Source of the DNA: Octopus bimaculoides
Taxonomy: Eukaryota
DNA length: 57,002 nucleotides
Reading direction: 5' to 3'
Assembly (NCBI RefSeq): GCF_001194135.2
Contig: NC_068982.1
Location: forward strand, 51,891,433 to 51,948,434
In this document: in pieces, positions 23,976 through 35,725 of the stretch
How positions within the stretch are numbered: the stretch's first letter is position 1
Layout: each line of letters opens with the position of its first letter
The notes under the pieces: generated by a model
Database searches by the model: none
Told to the model about the DNA's origin: nothing
The model's input: the letters and a program-made list of their open reading frames with translations, nothing else
Translations under genes and position numbers: made by a program

Positions 23976-24285
23976 TGAAGGCACATTGCTCAGTGGTTAG
24001 AGTATTGGCATCACAATCATGAGGTAGTGAGTTTGATTCCTAGACCAGGGTGTGTGTTGTGTTCTTGAGCAAGACACTTTATTTCACATTGCTCCAGTTC
24101 ACTCAGTTGTAGAAATGACTTGTAATGTTACTGGTGCCAAGCTGTAACGACCTTAGCCTTTCCCTTGGATAACATTGGTAGCGTAGAGAGAGGAGGCTGA
24201 TATGTTAGGACTTGTGCCTCAGAGGAGAATTTTCTAGGTGCAATCTCATGATCATTCATGACCAAATGAGGTTTATACCCTGCGT
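23976..24285 (+). mobile_element. SINE family D
   Basis: tRNA head ggcacattgctcagtggttagag...gtttgattcc, CORE-like ttcttgagcaagacactttatttcacattgctccagttcactcag; tail shared with 50300-50547. Confidence 0.8.
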
Positions 24286-24608
24286 TGCCTTCTGACACTT
24301 GTGCTGGTGGCACATTAGAAAATCATTCAAGCGAGGTCGTTGCCAGTACCGCTGGACTGGCTCCCGTGCAGGTGGCACGTAAAAGACACCATTTTGAGCG
24401 TGGCTGTTGCCAGTACCATGTGACTGGCCCTCATGCCAGTGGCACGTAAAAGCACCCACTACACTCTTGGAGTGGTTGTCGTTAGGAAGGGCATCCAGCT
24501 GTAGAAACTCTGCCAGATCAGATTGGAGCCTGGTTCAGCCTTCTGGCTTGCCAGTCCTCAGTCAAATCGTCCCACCCAAGCTAGCATGGAAAGTGGACGT
24601 TAAACGAC

Positions 24609-24665
<57 letters not shown>
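24285..24665 (+). mobile_element. Solo RTE 3' end (family A) with long (GAT)n tail
   Basis: 66-bp units, aggaagggcatccagctgtagaaac, ~19 GAT units. Confidence 0.9.
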
Positions 24666-24684
24666 ATATATATATATATATATA

Positions 24685-24935
24685 TGGGGGGTGCATGTGT
24701 GTTTGTGTGTTACTGTCTTCTTTCTTTGATATTCCATCTTAGTTGTAAGCTAGTTCCACTGTCAATTAAGCAGTGTCCTTTTCCATTATCCTGTAAAAAC
24801 CGGTCTGGTCATAAAGAAATATTATTTTACTTGAGGGTCAGTGACAGGAAGGGCATCCAGTTGTAGAAATTCTACCTGAATTAATTCTATTTGACTCATG
24901 CAAGCATAGAAAGTGGACATTAAAATGATGACATC
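24685..24935 (+). mobile_element. SINE K 3' half
   Basis: Ends aggaagggcatccagttgtagaaa...catgcaagcatagaaagtggacattaaaatgatgac, the RTE-like terminus. Confidence 0.6.
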
Positions 24936-25573
24936 CATAGTTAACTAAGAGATCAAAGGAGGAGGAAGAGGAATAAAAGGCAATAGCTGTGAAAGGGGGT
25001 GGGGAGAACATTAAAATAATTACTTATTTCATTAACTTTTTAAAAAAGAATCAGGACTGATGGTGGCAGCATAACAAACACCAGTTAAGTCAAGCAAAAG
25101 ATTGTTCTAAATGAACAAGTTAGGCTGGAGATAAGGAGTGAGGAAGGGTTTTCTTGTAGGCCAACAATAGTTGGATGAATGCATGCACAGACAGATAGAT
25201 AGAGGCAACTCTGAGCAAATTTAAAGTCATAGCTTTAACTAAAGCACAGTCAACAACATTAACTGAGTTGTGCTATTAGACCACCAGGTTGGGAGAAATT
25301 CAGCAGTATCAACTGTTATCTCCCTTTGGTATTTCTCATTGATAACAGCTCAAGAGCTAGAAACACAGCATCAGGGAATCCAACAGGGGCCAACACTGGG
25401 CAGATATGGTGTTTTTACACTTTTTACCATAAGAGAGAATTTTTTCTTGATGGTAGCTGCAGTGAATTTGTTTTTAGAAGTTGAAATATATTGCAAACAT
25501 TGTTAGCTAACCAAAAGTTCACCTGTGCCAAAACACTGGTACTGGTGAATATATGGTGACATATATGATATAG

Positions 25574-25962
25574 GTGGAGGCGCAATGGTCTAGTGGTTAG
25601 GGCAGTGAACTCGCGGTCATAGGATCGCGGTTTCGATTCCCAGACCGGGCGTTGTGAGTGTTTATTGAGCAAAAACACCTAAAGCTCCACAAGGCTCCAG
25701 CAGGGGATGGTGGCGGCGAACCCTGCTGTACTCTTTCACCACAACTTTCTCTCACTCTTACTTCCTGTTTCTGTTGTGCCAGTAATTCAAAGGGTCAGCC
25801 TTGTCACACTGTGTCATGCTGAATATCCCCGAGAACTACGTTAAGGGTACACGTGTCTGTGGAATACTCAGCCACTTGCACGTTAATTTCATGAGCAGGC
25901 TGTTCCGTTGATCGGATCAACTGGAACCCTTGATGTCATAAGCGACGGAGTGCCAAAAAACA
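25574..25962 (+). mobile_element. SINE family F, full length
   Basis: Near-identical to the reverse complement of 14586-14966; possible TSD atgatatag / atgacatag. Confidence 0.9.
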
Positions 25963-25995
25963 TGACATAGAGTGAAAGAGATATATATATATGTA

Positions 25996-26059
<64 letters not shown>

Positions 26060-26525
26060 GATTGGATTGGATTGTTTATAGTCAGTTCACTGCAGGATGA
26101 AGGCCCCAGCATGTTCTCTCTACCAACCATGGTCTGATGTGCAGGCCATGAATTTGAGATCATGCTGGTTTGATGAGCCTACTCTGTCACATTTGCTTGA
26201 TGTGGCTTGACAAAAGGTGTCTGTGTTTATGTGTGTATTTATATATATATTCGGATTCTCACCAGCCTGAGGTGATAGGTTCTGTTAGGGGCTTCAAAAC
26301 TTGAAGTAGCACAGAATTCAAATAAAAGTGTTTTGAATAATACATATAATTCTCAATAAATGTGTTAAGTGCCATTTCTTTTGTTTGTCCACTCACTCAT
26401 GTGTGTGTGTGTGTATACAAGCACACAAATATATACATACATGTATATTAAATATATATACATACATATAAACTTACATGCGTGTGTGTGTGCGTGTGTG
26501 TAAACAGCACACACACACACACACA

Positions 26526-26558
<33 letters not shown>

Positions 26559-26799
26559 ACACATACAAAAATTTAAAAATCTAGGTAGACATTAGCAATA
26601 CAATGGTATTTGTAACCAGAAATTAAATAGCAGATAGATTTAGTTGTAAATTACTAAGTAGCTGTAACCAGACTGTCTTTTTTTGACCAGAAATAAGCCT
26701 TGACATTGCTGGTTACATCTACTGAGTAAACTGAACAGCAAAGCAAGTCAACCAAAGTGAGTCAGTTTCCAAGTTTTTTTTTTTTTTTAAATCAGACAT

Positions 26800-27055
26800 A
26801 ACTCTTTTATATTTTACTTGTTTCAATCATTGGACTGTGACAATGCTGAGGCACTGCCTTGAAGGGTTTGGTGGAACAAGTCACATCTACTGCCAGTACT
26901 TATTTTCTTTAAAACCAAATACGTATTTCTATTGGTCTTTTTTACCAAACCACTAAGTTATAGAAATGCAAACAAACCAACACAAGGTCAAGTGGTGGTA
27001 GGGGGAAAATGAAAGCATGAAGATGCATGCACACACACACACACACATACACACA
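26800..27055 (-). mobile_element. SINE B 3' half
   Basis: ttttacttgtttcaatcattggactgtg...gcactgccttgaagg... Confidence 0.65.
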
Positions 27056-27401
27056 TTTTATTAATATTTAGCAAAAGCAACAAAGTTACTCAAGGACCAA
27101 GAGTTTTGTGCAAACGTCTAGTTAGAATAGAGGCAGCTGACGAAGGATTAATTCCAAGTGGCTATCTAGGACTACATTATGTAGAGTGTCCTTCCTAGTT
27201 TAATAAAAATAAAATTATGTCTCCCTAGCTCTGAGGACTTTATACAGATTAGATTATAACACCCATAAATTGCCAAAATGTAAAATATCTATCTACATTT
27301 GGTTAGGACATTGACCTTTCTTAGGCGATATTACCACTGTATCTATTAGCCTATTCCCAACATTTATATAAACTAAGGAATATAGAATTAAATATAATTG
27401 A

Positions 27402-27435
<34 letters not shown>

Positions 27436-28379
27436 AGGCAGTGTATTTGACCTCAAAACCTTTAAGCTAGTAATCCAGTACTATATCCACTCTGCCGTAT
27501 CACTTTTACTAACTAGGGGGTCATGTAAGTACTGACAAAAACAAACAAAACACACTAAACTTGAAGATTTTGAAGCACATTTTCATGCATATACATGCTC
27601 TTTTTTTCTGATGTTTACAGATATGGTGCTTATACTTTTCCTATGTAAACATAAAAAAGCTTGATATATGCTTGTGGTGAAAATGTCAAGTGTTTGATGT
27701 GTTTGTGTGCAGGGTATCTAGGATTATAAACCAGGATTAACCAATATTAACCCATATAATAACTTCAGTGTGTATGAGTGTGACAAGAGATGTTAGAATT
27801 ACCTCAATTTGTCATTCTGTCCTATATAGGAGTGCTTAGTGTCAATAAGTTTTACTTTGAAGGAAAAAAGAAAAGCACTAAGCATGATAAATGTAAGAGA
27901 AAAGAATATCTTAGTTAATGTTTTAAGGTATAATAACAGTTTTTTAAAAAAACCCACAATGGTTAAAAATTAGTAAAGAAGAATTACAGTTTATATTTAT
28001 TCATGAAAAGAAAGGGGGATTAAATATGGTGTTACATATGGTTGGATGGATATATTAAATTCCCCATCATTAATGGTTGTCCCCTCCTAGGTTCACTTTT
28101 GAGGCCTTGGGATATGCATCCCTTATGCCCCCACCACATGCCTCCCAAAACAAGTTACAAGCTTGTATCTCAAGGAACCTTAAATAACTAACACCGAATA
28201 CAACTGACTGTTGCAATAGAAGTAATAAAATTGATGAGTATTTTATCAGCTTGCAGTACTGGATTGAACTCCTGCAGAGGTTCTACCATTTATCAAGTTG
28301 AATGGAGACAGATGAGTTCTGCTAGCTTGTACAAGTACTGCAGTGGCACTTCTCCAATTCAGTAAGTTGTGGGACTCAC

Positions 28380-28402
28380 CTTACCACCCAAGAAAAATGT
28401 TA
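28380..28402 (-). CDS. Candidate 23-nt micro-exon (VTFFLGGK)
   Basis: ttaacttttgaatttcag acceptor, AAG|gtgagt donor. Confidence 0.25.
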
Positions 28403-28865
28403 CTGAAATTCAAAAGTTAATGTATACATTAATGCATCTGAAAGGAAAATATTTCATTCTTCCTGTGTTCTTTCAACTAATTAATTTATAGCAAATGTAT
28501 GAAATAACTTGCACTGCTGTGATAAGAGTCAAACATCAAATGTTAACATTTAGCTTGACTTGCCTTAATCAACAGTATTTATCAATCATTGATCTTCATA
28601 ACTGGATTGAGTTTTGAAGTATATATTTTTCCAAATATATTAGTAATGTATGTTAAAATAAAATGGTCCTGACTATAAATTAGAGCCAGAGCACACAAGT
28701 GATTTGCTAAGAAGTTTTAGCTAGGCCATAAATATACACACACACAAAGTAAATGTGGAAATCTCATTGCTGAGGATTTAGTTCTGTTGTGAATTGGCTT
28801 GACAATGTAAAAACATCATTATTCACTCAGAATTGATAACCAAGAGCTTAACATTAACAACATGT

Positions 28866-29162
28866 ATCTTTTATCTTTTACTTGTTTCAGTTATTTGAGT
28901 ACAGCCATGCTGGGGCACCACCTTGAAGGGCTTTTTTTTTAGTTGAACAAATCGACTCCAGGAATTATTTTTAAAAGCCTAGTATTTATTCTATTGATCT
29001 CTTTTGCTGAACTGCTAAGTTAGTGGACATAAACACACCAACACTGATTGCCAAGCAGTGGTGGGGGGAAACAAACAAAGACATATGCACAAAGATATAT
29101 ACATACACACACACACGCACGTGCACACACACACACACACACACACACACGCNNNNNNNNNN

Positions 29163-29207
<45 letters not shown>

Positions 29208-29370
29208 CAGGCTTCTTTGAGTTTCCATTTACAAAATCCACTGACAAAGCTTTGGTCAGTCCGAGGATATGGTAAAAGACACTTGCCCAAGGCGCCATGC
29301 AGTGAGACTGAACCCAAAATCTTGTGGTTGGAAAGCAAGCTTTTTACCACACAGCCACACCTGCATCTAT
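28866..29370 (-). mobile_element. SINE family B, full length, internal (CA)n
   Basis: Complete head-core-microsatellite-tail arrangement. Confidence 0.88.
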
Positions 29371-29901
29371 ATACTGAAGGATTATACAGGGTCTTGAATT
29401 CCATAATTTGGCAGCTACTGAAAAAGTTATGAGTGTCAAAAATAGCTTTATAAAACCAACTGAAGTCATGAGCGAAAGGCTGGGAAATTAATAAAATGCT
29501 CAAGTGGATGTCCACCAAAGTTCTGTTCTTGGCCGACATCTTCTTTATAAGGTTCCTTTGCTCCAAGGAAGTTTTATGCAATAATAACCTGGTCCTTATT
29601 ACTGAATCTATTAAAGGGGAAAATGTTTGAAAGAAGAGTAATTTAGAAACGATACAATTATAGCAAAAATTGATGCAAAAGCTTATAGTACAGAGAATAA
29701 AAGACCAATGCAATTTTAGAAGTAGGCTTACCCAATAAGTTGAAGGGAGTAGATAAAATTCAATATTAAACACTCAAAACTTAAGGTGCCATTACCAATG
29801 CAGTCTTTCCTTTATTTATATTATTTCTAGAATAGTTATCTTGGACTATATAATCCAATTTGATTCTTTTTTATGATTAATGACAGGGTGTAATTTGAGA
29901 C

Positions 29902-29953
<52 letters not shown>

Positions 29954-29960
29954 TCAGCAG
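29902..29960. repeat. (TAG)n trinucleotide microsatellite
   Basis: Directly visible. Confidence 0.95.
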
Positions 29961-30227
29961 CAGCCAAAGAAAAAAAAAAGTTTCTCAAAATTGGACCAAA
30001 AGCAAATAAGTGGCAGTATTTTTTATAATAGTAGTTTAAAACACAAAGCTGTTTAAAATAACAGATGTTATAACTTACATTAGAAACTGAAAAATCTAAT
30101 CAACTATCACTACTACTATTTTCTTGATTTACTGTCATGTATTGTGATACCTTTCAACCTAAAACATGAATCATTTTAATAGATCAATATCTGAACTAGA
30201 AATTTGTTGTTAATGTTGTTGTTGTTA

Positions 30228-32370
30228 TGACTGGTGAGCTGGCAGAATTGTTAGTGCCAGCATTTTATCTGTCTTTATGTTCTGAGTTCAAATTATACCA
30301 TGGTCAACTTTACCTTTCATCCCCTTGGGGGTCAATAAGATAAGTACCATTTGAATCCTGGAGTTGATGTAATTGACTTATGCCCTCCCTTGAAATTGCT
30401 GGCTTTGTGTCAAAATTTGAAACCATTATTATTATTATTATTACTACTACTACGCCGGGTGAAATGCTAAGCGGTATTTCATCTGCCACTATGTTCTGAG
30501 TTCAAACTCTACTGAGGTTAACTTTGCTTTTCATCCTTTAGGGGTTGATAAATTACCAGTGAAATACTGGAGTAGTTGTAATTGACTCATCCCTTCCCCC
30601 AAAATGGCTGCCCTTGTGGTAAAATTTGAAACCATTATTATTACTGTTATCATTATTAAGGAGGTGAGCTGGCAGAATCGTTAGCATAACGGGCAAATTG
30701 CATAGCAACATTTTGCCTGTCGCTATGTTCTGAGTTCAAATTATGCCAAGGTCGACATTGCCTTTCATCCTTTCAGGGTCAATAAATTAAATACCAGTGA
30801 AACACTGGTGTCGATATAGTCAACTAGTCCCCTCCCCCAATTTCAGGCCTTGTACCTATAGCAAAGTTTATCATTATTATTAAGGCGGTGAGTTGGCAGA
30901 ATCATTAGNNNNNNNNNNNNNNNNNNNNNNNNNNNNNNNNNNNNNNNNNNNNNNNNNNNNNNNNNNNNNNNNNNNNNNNNNNNNNNNNNNNNNNNNNNNN
31001 NNNNNNNNNNNNNNNNNNNNNNNNNNNNNNNNNNNNNNNNNNNNNNNNNNNNNNNNNNNNNNNNNNNNNNNNNNNNNNNNNNNNNNNNNNNNNNNNNNNN
31101 NNNNNNNNNNNNNNNNNNNNNNNNNNNNNNNNNNNNNNNNNNNNNNNNNNNNNNNNNNNNNNNNNNNNNNNNNNNNNNNNNNNNNNNNNNNNNNNNNNNN
31201 NNNNNNNNNNNNNNGTTGTTGTTATTATTATTATTAAGAAGGTGGTGAGCTGGCAGAATTGTTAGCACGCGGAGCAAAATATTTAACGGCATTTCTTCTG
31301 TCTATATGTTTTAAGTTCAACTTCTGCCAAGGTCAGCTTTGCTTTTCATCCTTTCAGGGGTCACAATTAACCCTTCCCTGAAACAGCTGGCTATATGCCA
31401 CAATTTGAAATCATCATTATTAAGGCAGCAAGCTGGTAGAATTGATAACATGTCAGATAAAATACTTAGTGGCTATTTCATCTGCTTTTATGATCTGAGT
31501 TCAAATTCCACTCAGGTCAACTGCCTTTTATCCTTTTGGAGATGATGAAATAAGTACCTATTGTCACTGAGGTCAATATAAATGACCAGCTCCCTCCCCA
31601 CAGATGTCAGGCTTTGTGCCTATAGTAGAAATAGTTATTAAAAAAAGTGGCAAGTTGGCAAAACCTATAGCACATCAGGCAAAATGCTTGGCAGCATTTT
31701 GTCTGTCACTACATCCCGAGTTCAAATTCTATTGCGGTCAACTTTGCCTTTCATCCTTTCAAGATCAATAAGTTAAAGTACCAGTTGAACACTGGGGTCG
31801 ATGTAATCAAATCATCCCCTGCCCCAAAACTGCTGCCCTTGTAGCAAAATTTGAAACTATTATTGTTATTATTATTAGTAGTAGTAATAGTATTAAGGTG
31901 GTGTACTGGCCAAACCATTACTGCAATGAACGAAATGCTTAGCAGCAATTCTTCCAGCTCATTACATTCTGAGCTTAAATGCTACTGAGGTTAACATTGC
32001 CTTTCATCCTTTTGGAATCAATAAAGTAAATACCAGTTGAGCACTGTGGTTTAGTTAATCAGCTAGCCCCCTCATCCAAAATTTCAGGTCTTGTGCATTT
32101 AACAGAATAGATTATTATTAAGGCAGTGAGCTGGCAGAATTGTTAGCATGCCAGGTGAAATGCTTAGTGGTATTTCGTCTGTTGCTACATTCTGAGTTCA
32201 AATTCCGCTGGGGTCAACTTTTGCTTTTCATCCTTTTGGGGTTGATAAATTAAGTACCAGTCAAGTACTGGGGTCAATGTGATCAATTATCCCCCTCCCC
32301 ACAAAAGTCCATGCCTTGTACCTATAGCAGCAAGGATTATTATTATTATTATTATTATCATCATTATTAT
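30228..32370 (+). mobile_element. Head-to-tail array of at least 9 SINE C copies separated by (ATT)n
   Basis: Units start aaggcggtgagctggcagaat at ~30230, 30455 (5'-truncated), 30658, 30883, 31237, 31420, 31645, 31895 and 32118; core gaggtcgactttgcctttcatcctttcggggtcgataaattaagtaccag. Confidence 0.9.
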
Positions 32371-32764
32371 TGCTGTTGTTGTTGTTACTCAATCTCATTA
32401 TGTTTCCTTGAAGTTAAGAGTGAAAACATTGATAACAATAAAAGGCTATTAATTTTGGTGATATATAATGAAACAATGAAAACAATGACTAGAACTGTTC
32501 AAATGCAAACCTTAAAAAGTATGCATAAAAAAAAATGTCAAATACTATATTTAAAACAACTTGATCATGGTAGACAGTTTGTATTTGTGAGCTATTAAGC
32601 CATTTGGTAATCAAATAAGTTTAGCATCTGTTACCAAATATATCACAGATGTTTATGAACAGGAACAAGTTCATAAACTGAATGATGTATTTGAAAGTTA
32701 AAGTTTTTTAAATTAAAAAATAATTATTCACACTGAGAATAAGCGCAAAATAAAATGATGATGA

Positions 32765-33790
32765 TGATGATAATAATAATAATAATCTTTTCTGCTATAT
32801 GCACAAGGCTTGAAATTTAGAGGAGGGAGTTAGTTGATTACATTCATCCCAGTACTTATTTTATCGACCCTGAAAGGATGAAAGGTAAAGTTGACCATGA
32901 CAGAATTTGAACCCAGAACATAAAGAAAATGGTTGGAAGTGTTATCATGAACATGTTTTATCTTGGTATAAAAAATGAGCTACAGCAAATATTCTGTTCA
33001 ATATCACAGATTTGCTTGTCAGTTTTTTGACCTAAACTGCTTGAGCATGTTCCTTAGTGGCTGATGATATGTGCATCTCTGATCATGAGCAGAAGTAGTG
33101 GGGGAGCATTGTAGCCATGTGTTGAGAGGAATTCTTTGGAATTTGAATAATTCGCCTCTGGAAACATGGGTATTTTGTTCAAAACCCTTAAAGAACCCTT
33201 ATTTAAGGAACCTTTTGAGTGGAATGGGCTACTCAACCAGAAGAAAATTCTAACTGGACGCCACCTGCAAGGTCATGCATTGTTTAACTTGATATAAGAT
33301 CACCATGTTGTGCACATATGATTGTGATGTATGTGCCTGGTGTACCCTTATCAGACGAGTAGTCATACTGGGTATATTGGGTTTCATATAGTGTACCCCA
33401 GTGTCACTTTGATGGCATGTGCTGCTCTCTCACTCAATAATAATGATAATAATCATTTCTACTAAAGGCACAAGGCCTGAAATTTGGGAGGAGGGGACTA
33501 GTTAATTACATTGATACCAGTGTTTCACTGGTACTTAATTTATCAACCCCAAAAGGATGAAAGGCAAAGTCAACCTCGGCGGAATTTGAACTCGGAATGT
33601 AGCAGCAAACAAAATACTGCTAAGCATTTCGTCCAGCATGCTAACAATTCTGCCAGCTCACCACCTTAATAATAATAATAAACCTTTCTACTATAGACAC
33701 AAGGCCTGAAATTTTGGGGGAGTGGGTAAATCAATTACATTGATTCCAATACTCAACTGGTACTTATTTTACCAACCCTGAAAGGATGAA
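32765..33790 (-). mobile_element. Three minus-strand SINE C copies (tail type 2) with a family-H insertion
   Basis: Copies at ~32775-32925, 33450-33665 and 33665-33790, each preceded by (AAT)n. Confidence 0.85.
32930..33450 (+). repeat. Family H repeat, possibly a LINE 3' UTR, (AAT)n at its right end
   Basis: Second copy at 17065-17270; no coding signal recognised. Confidence 0.55.
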
Positions 33791-33791
33791 A

Positions 33792-35038
33792 GGGTGTGTA
33801 AGATATTTGAGGACAGATTTATGTCTATAAAAAAAAAGCAGATATATAATAACAGATAATAACTTTATTTCTCAAAAAATGCTATGAGGATAAAAATAAA
33901 CCTTCTTTTCTATAATGTTATTCAATAAAGCCACCTTCAGCTTCAACAACTGCTTCTATATGATATCTAAATCATCTACATGCTTGAATCAAATGGTCCT
34001 GGTTCATTTTGGACATTACTCTGACTATGGCAGCTTTCATAGAATCTTTGGTGTTTTGGGCATGTTCATTGACCTCTCTCTCAACAACACTCCACATGTA
34101 ATAGTCCAATGGCTTGAGCTTTGGGGAATTAGGAGGCCAAATGTTAGGGGTTATGTGATCATGAAAATTTTCAGCCATTCATTCCTGTGTTACTAGAGCC
34201 ATATGTGATAGTGCAGAGTCTTACTGAAACACATATAGCCTTCCATTGCATACACTGTCTATCCAGGGTATAACAATTATTTCCAGGACCTCAATGTAGG
34301 CGGCAGAGTTAACTCTAAGACCTTGTGGAAAGAAGTAAGGAGGCATCACATGTCCTTCATTGCTGACAACCCCTAAAACCATGATAGTTGCAGGAAATTT
34401 TGTATGCATAACATTTGGAACTTCAGAAGGGTCTGCACATAACCATCTCTCATTTCTTCTGTTTACTGGGTGAAGTTTTACTCATTTGAGAAAAACCAAA
34501 TCAAATCTTCTTCTGCTGGATTTTTCAGTTTGTTTAAGAGCTTTTTAGATCTGATGTAGTGATTTTATTTTGCTTTTTCTGACAAATTTCCTCATCATGT
34601 AAGACTTATATCTGATGTCTTCAAGGACAATATTTCTGACTGTTCCTTCTGACACATGGAGATCTTTTGCAATTGACCTCATGGACTTTCTGGGATTATA
34701 ATCAATGGTCTGTTGAACTTGCTGGATAAATTCAGGTGTCTCAATGATTTCAGAGCATTTAGAACACTTTTATGCTTTGATACTGGTGATATGTTTCCAG
34801 CTTCAATCTCTAGCTCCTTACAAACTTTGTAGACGAAAGAACTGACAACTTTTAAAAATCGAGATATTTCTAAATCACTATGCACAGCCTTTATAACCAC
34901 AATAACAACATGCCTCTTCATTTCTTGAGTAAGCTGATGGTCTGGCATTATTATTTTCTGAAACAAAGATTATACAGAGTTAGCAAAAAATGCAGCAATG
35001 ACAAAAAAGGTATGTCCTCAAATACCTTATGCACTGTA
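33792..35038 (-). mobile_element. Tc1/mariner DD37D (maT-like) transposon relic
   Basis: TIRs 19/24 (cagtgcataaggtatttgaggaca); TKFPATIMVLGVVSNEGHVMPP...VFQ*DSALSH...WPPNSPKLKPLDYY, with 37 residues between the two catalytic D; several stops. Confidence 0.88.
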
Positions 35039-35169
35039 TATATATATATATATNNNNNNNNNNNNNNNNNNNNNNNNNNNNNNNNNNNNNNNNNNNNNNN
35101 NNNNNNNNNNNNNNNNNNNNNNNNNNNNNNNNNNNNNNNNNNNNNNNNNNNNNNNNNNNNNNNNNNNNN

Positions 35170-35430
35170 NATATACGTATGTGTGTGTGTGTGCACACGC
35201 ATGCATATAATTATATATGTATGTGGTCTGTCCCCTTTCACCACTTGACAACAGATGTTGGTTTGTTTATGCCTCTATGATTTAGTAGTTCAGCAAAAAG
35301 AAACCAATAAAATAATTATCAGGCTTAAAAATAAGTACTGGGGTTGATTTGTTTGATTAAACCCTTCAAAGCAGTGTTCCAGTATGGCCACAGTTCATAA
35401 ACTGAAACAAGTAAAAGATGAAAGCAAAAG
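35170..35430 (+). mobile_element. SINE B 3' half
   Basis: cacttgacaacagatgttggt...aaataagtactggggttgatt...gaaacaagtaaaagat. Confidence 0.75.
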
Positions 35431-35511
35431 ATATATAAATCTCCCTTTGTCTGTCTCTCAAACATACACACACACACAAATCAGCATATTTAAGTTAATA
35501 TATTACACATA

Positions 35512-35725
35512 GGAGGCAGTGAACTGACAATATTGTTACCTGCCTGAAAACTGCTGAGCAGCATTTCTTCCAACTTTACATTCTGAGTTCAAATACTGCT
35601 GGGATGACTTCGCCTTTCATCCTTTTGTGGTTGACAAAATAAGTAGTTAAGCACTGGGATCGATGTAATCAACTTACACCCATCCCTGAAATTGCTGGCC
35701 TTGTGCCCACATTTGAAACCAATAC
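35512..35725 (+). mobile_element. SINE C (tail type 1); another partial copy at ~36205-36352
   Basis: ttctgagttcaaat...cgcctttcatccttttgtggttgacaaaataagta. Confidence 0.75.

Noticed and set aside
27405-27433. Poly(A) run (also poly(T) at ~37813-37846) as a retrocopy tail
   Set aside because: No adjacent ORF, polyadenylation signal plus TSD, or recognisable retroposed body
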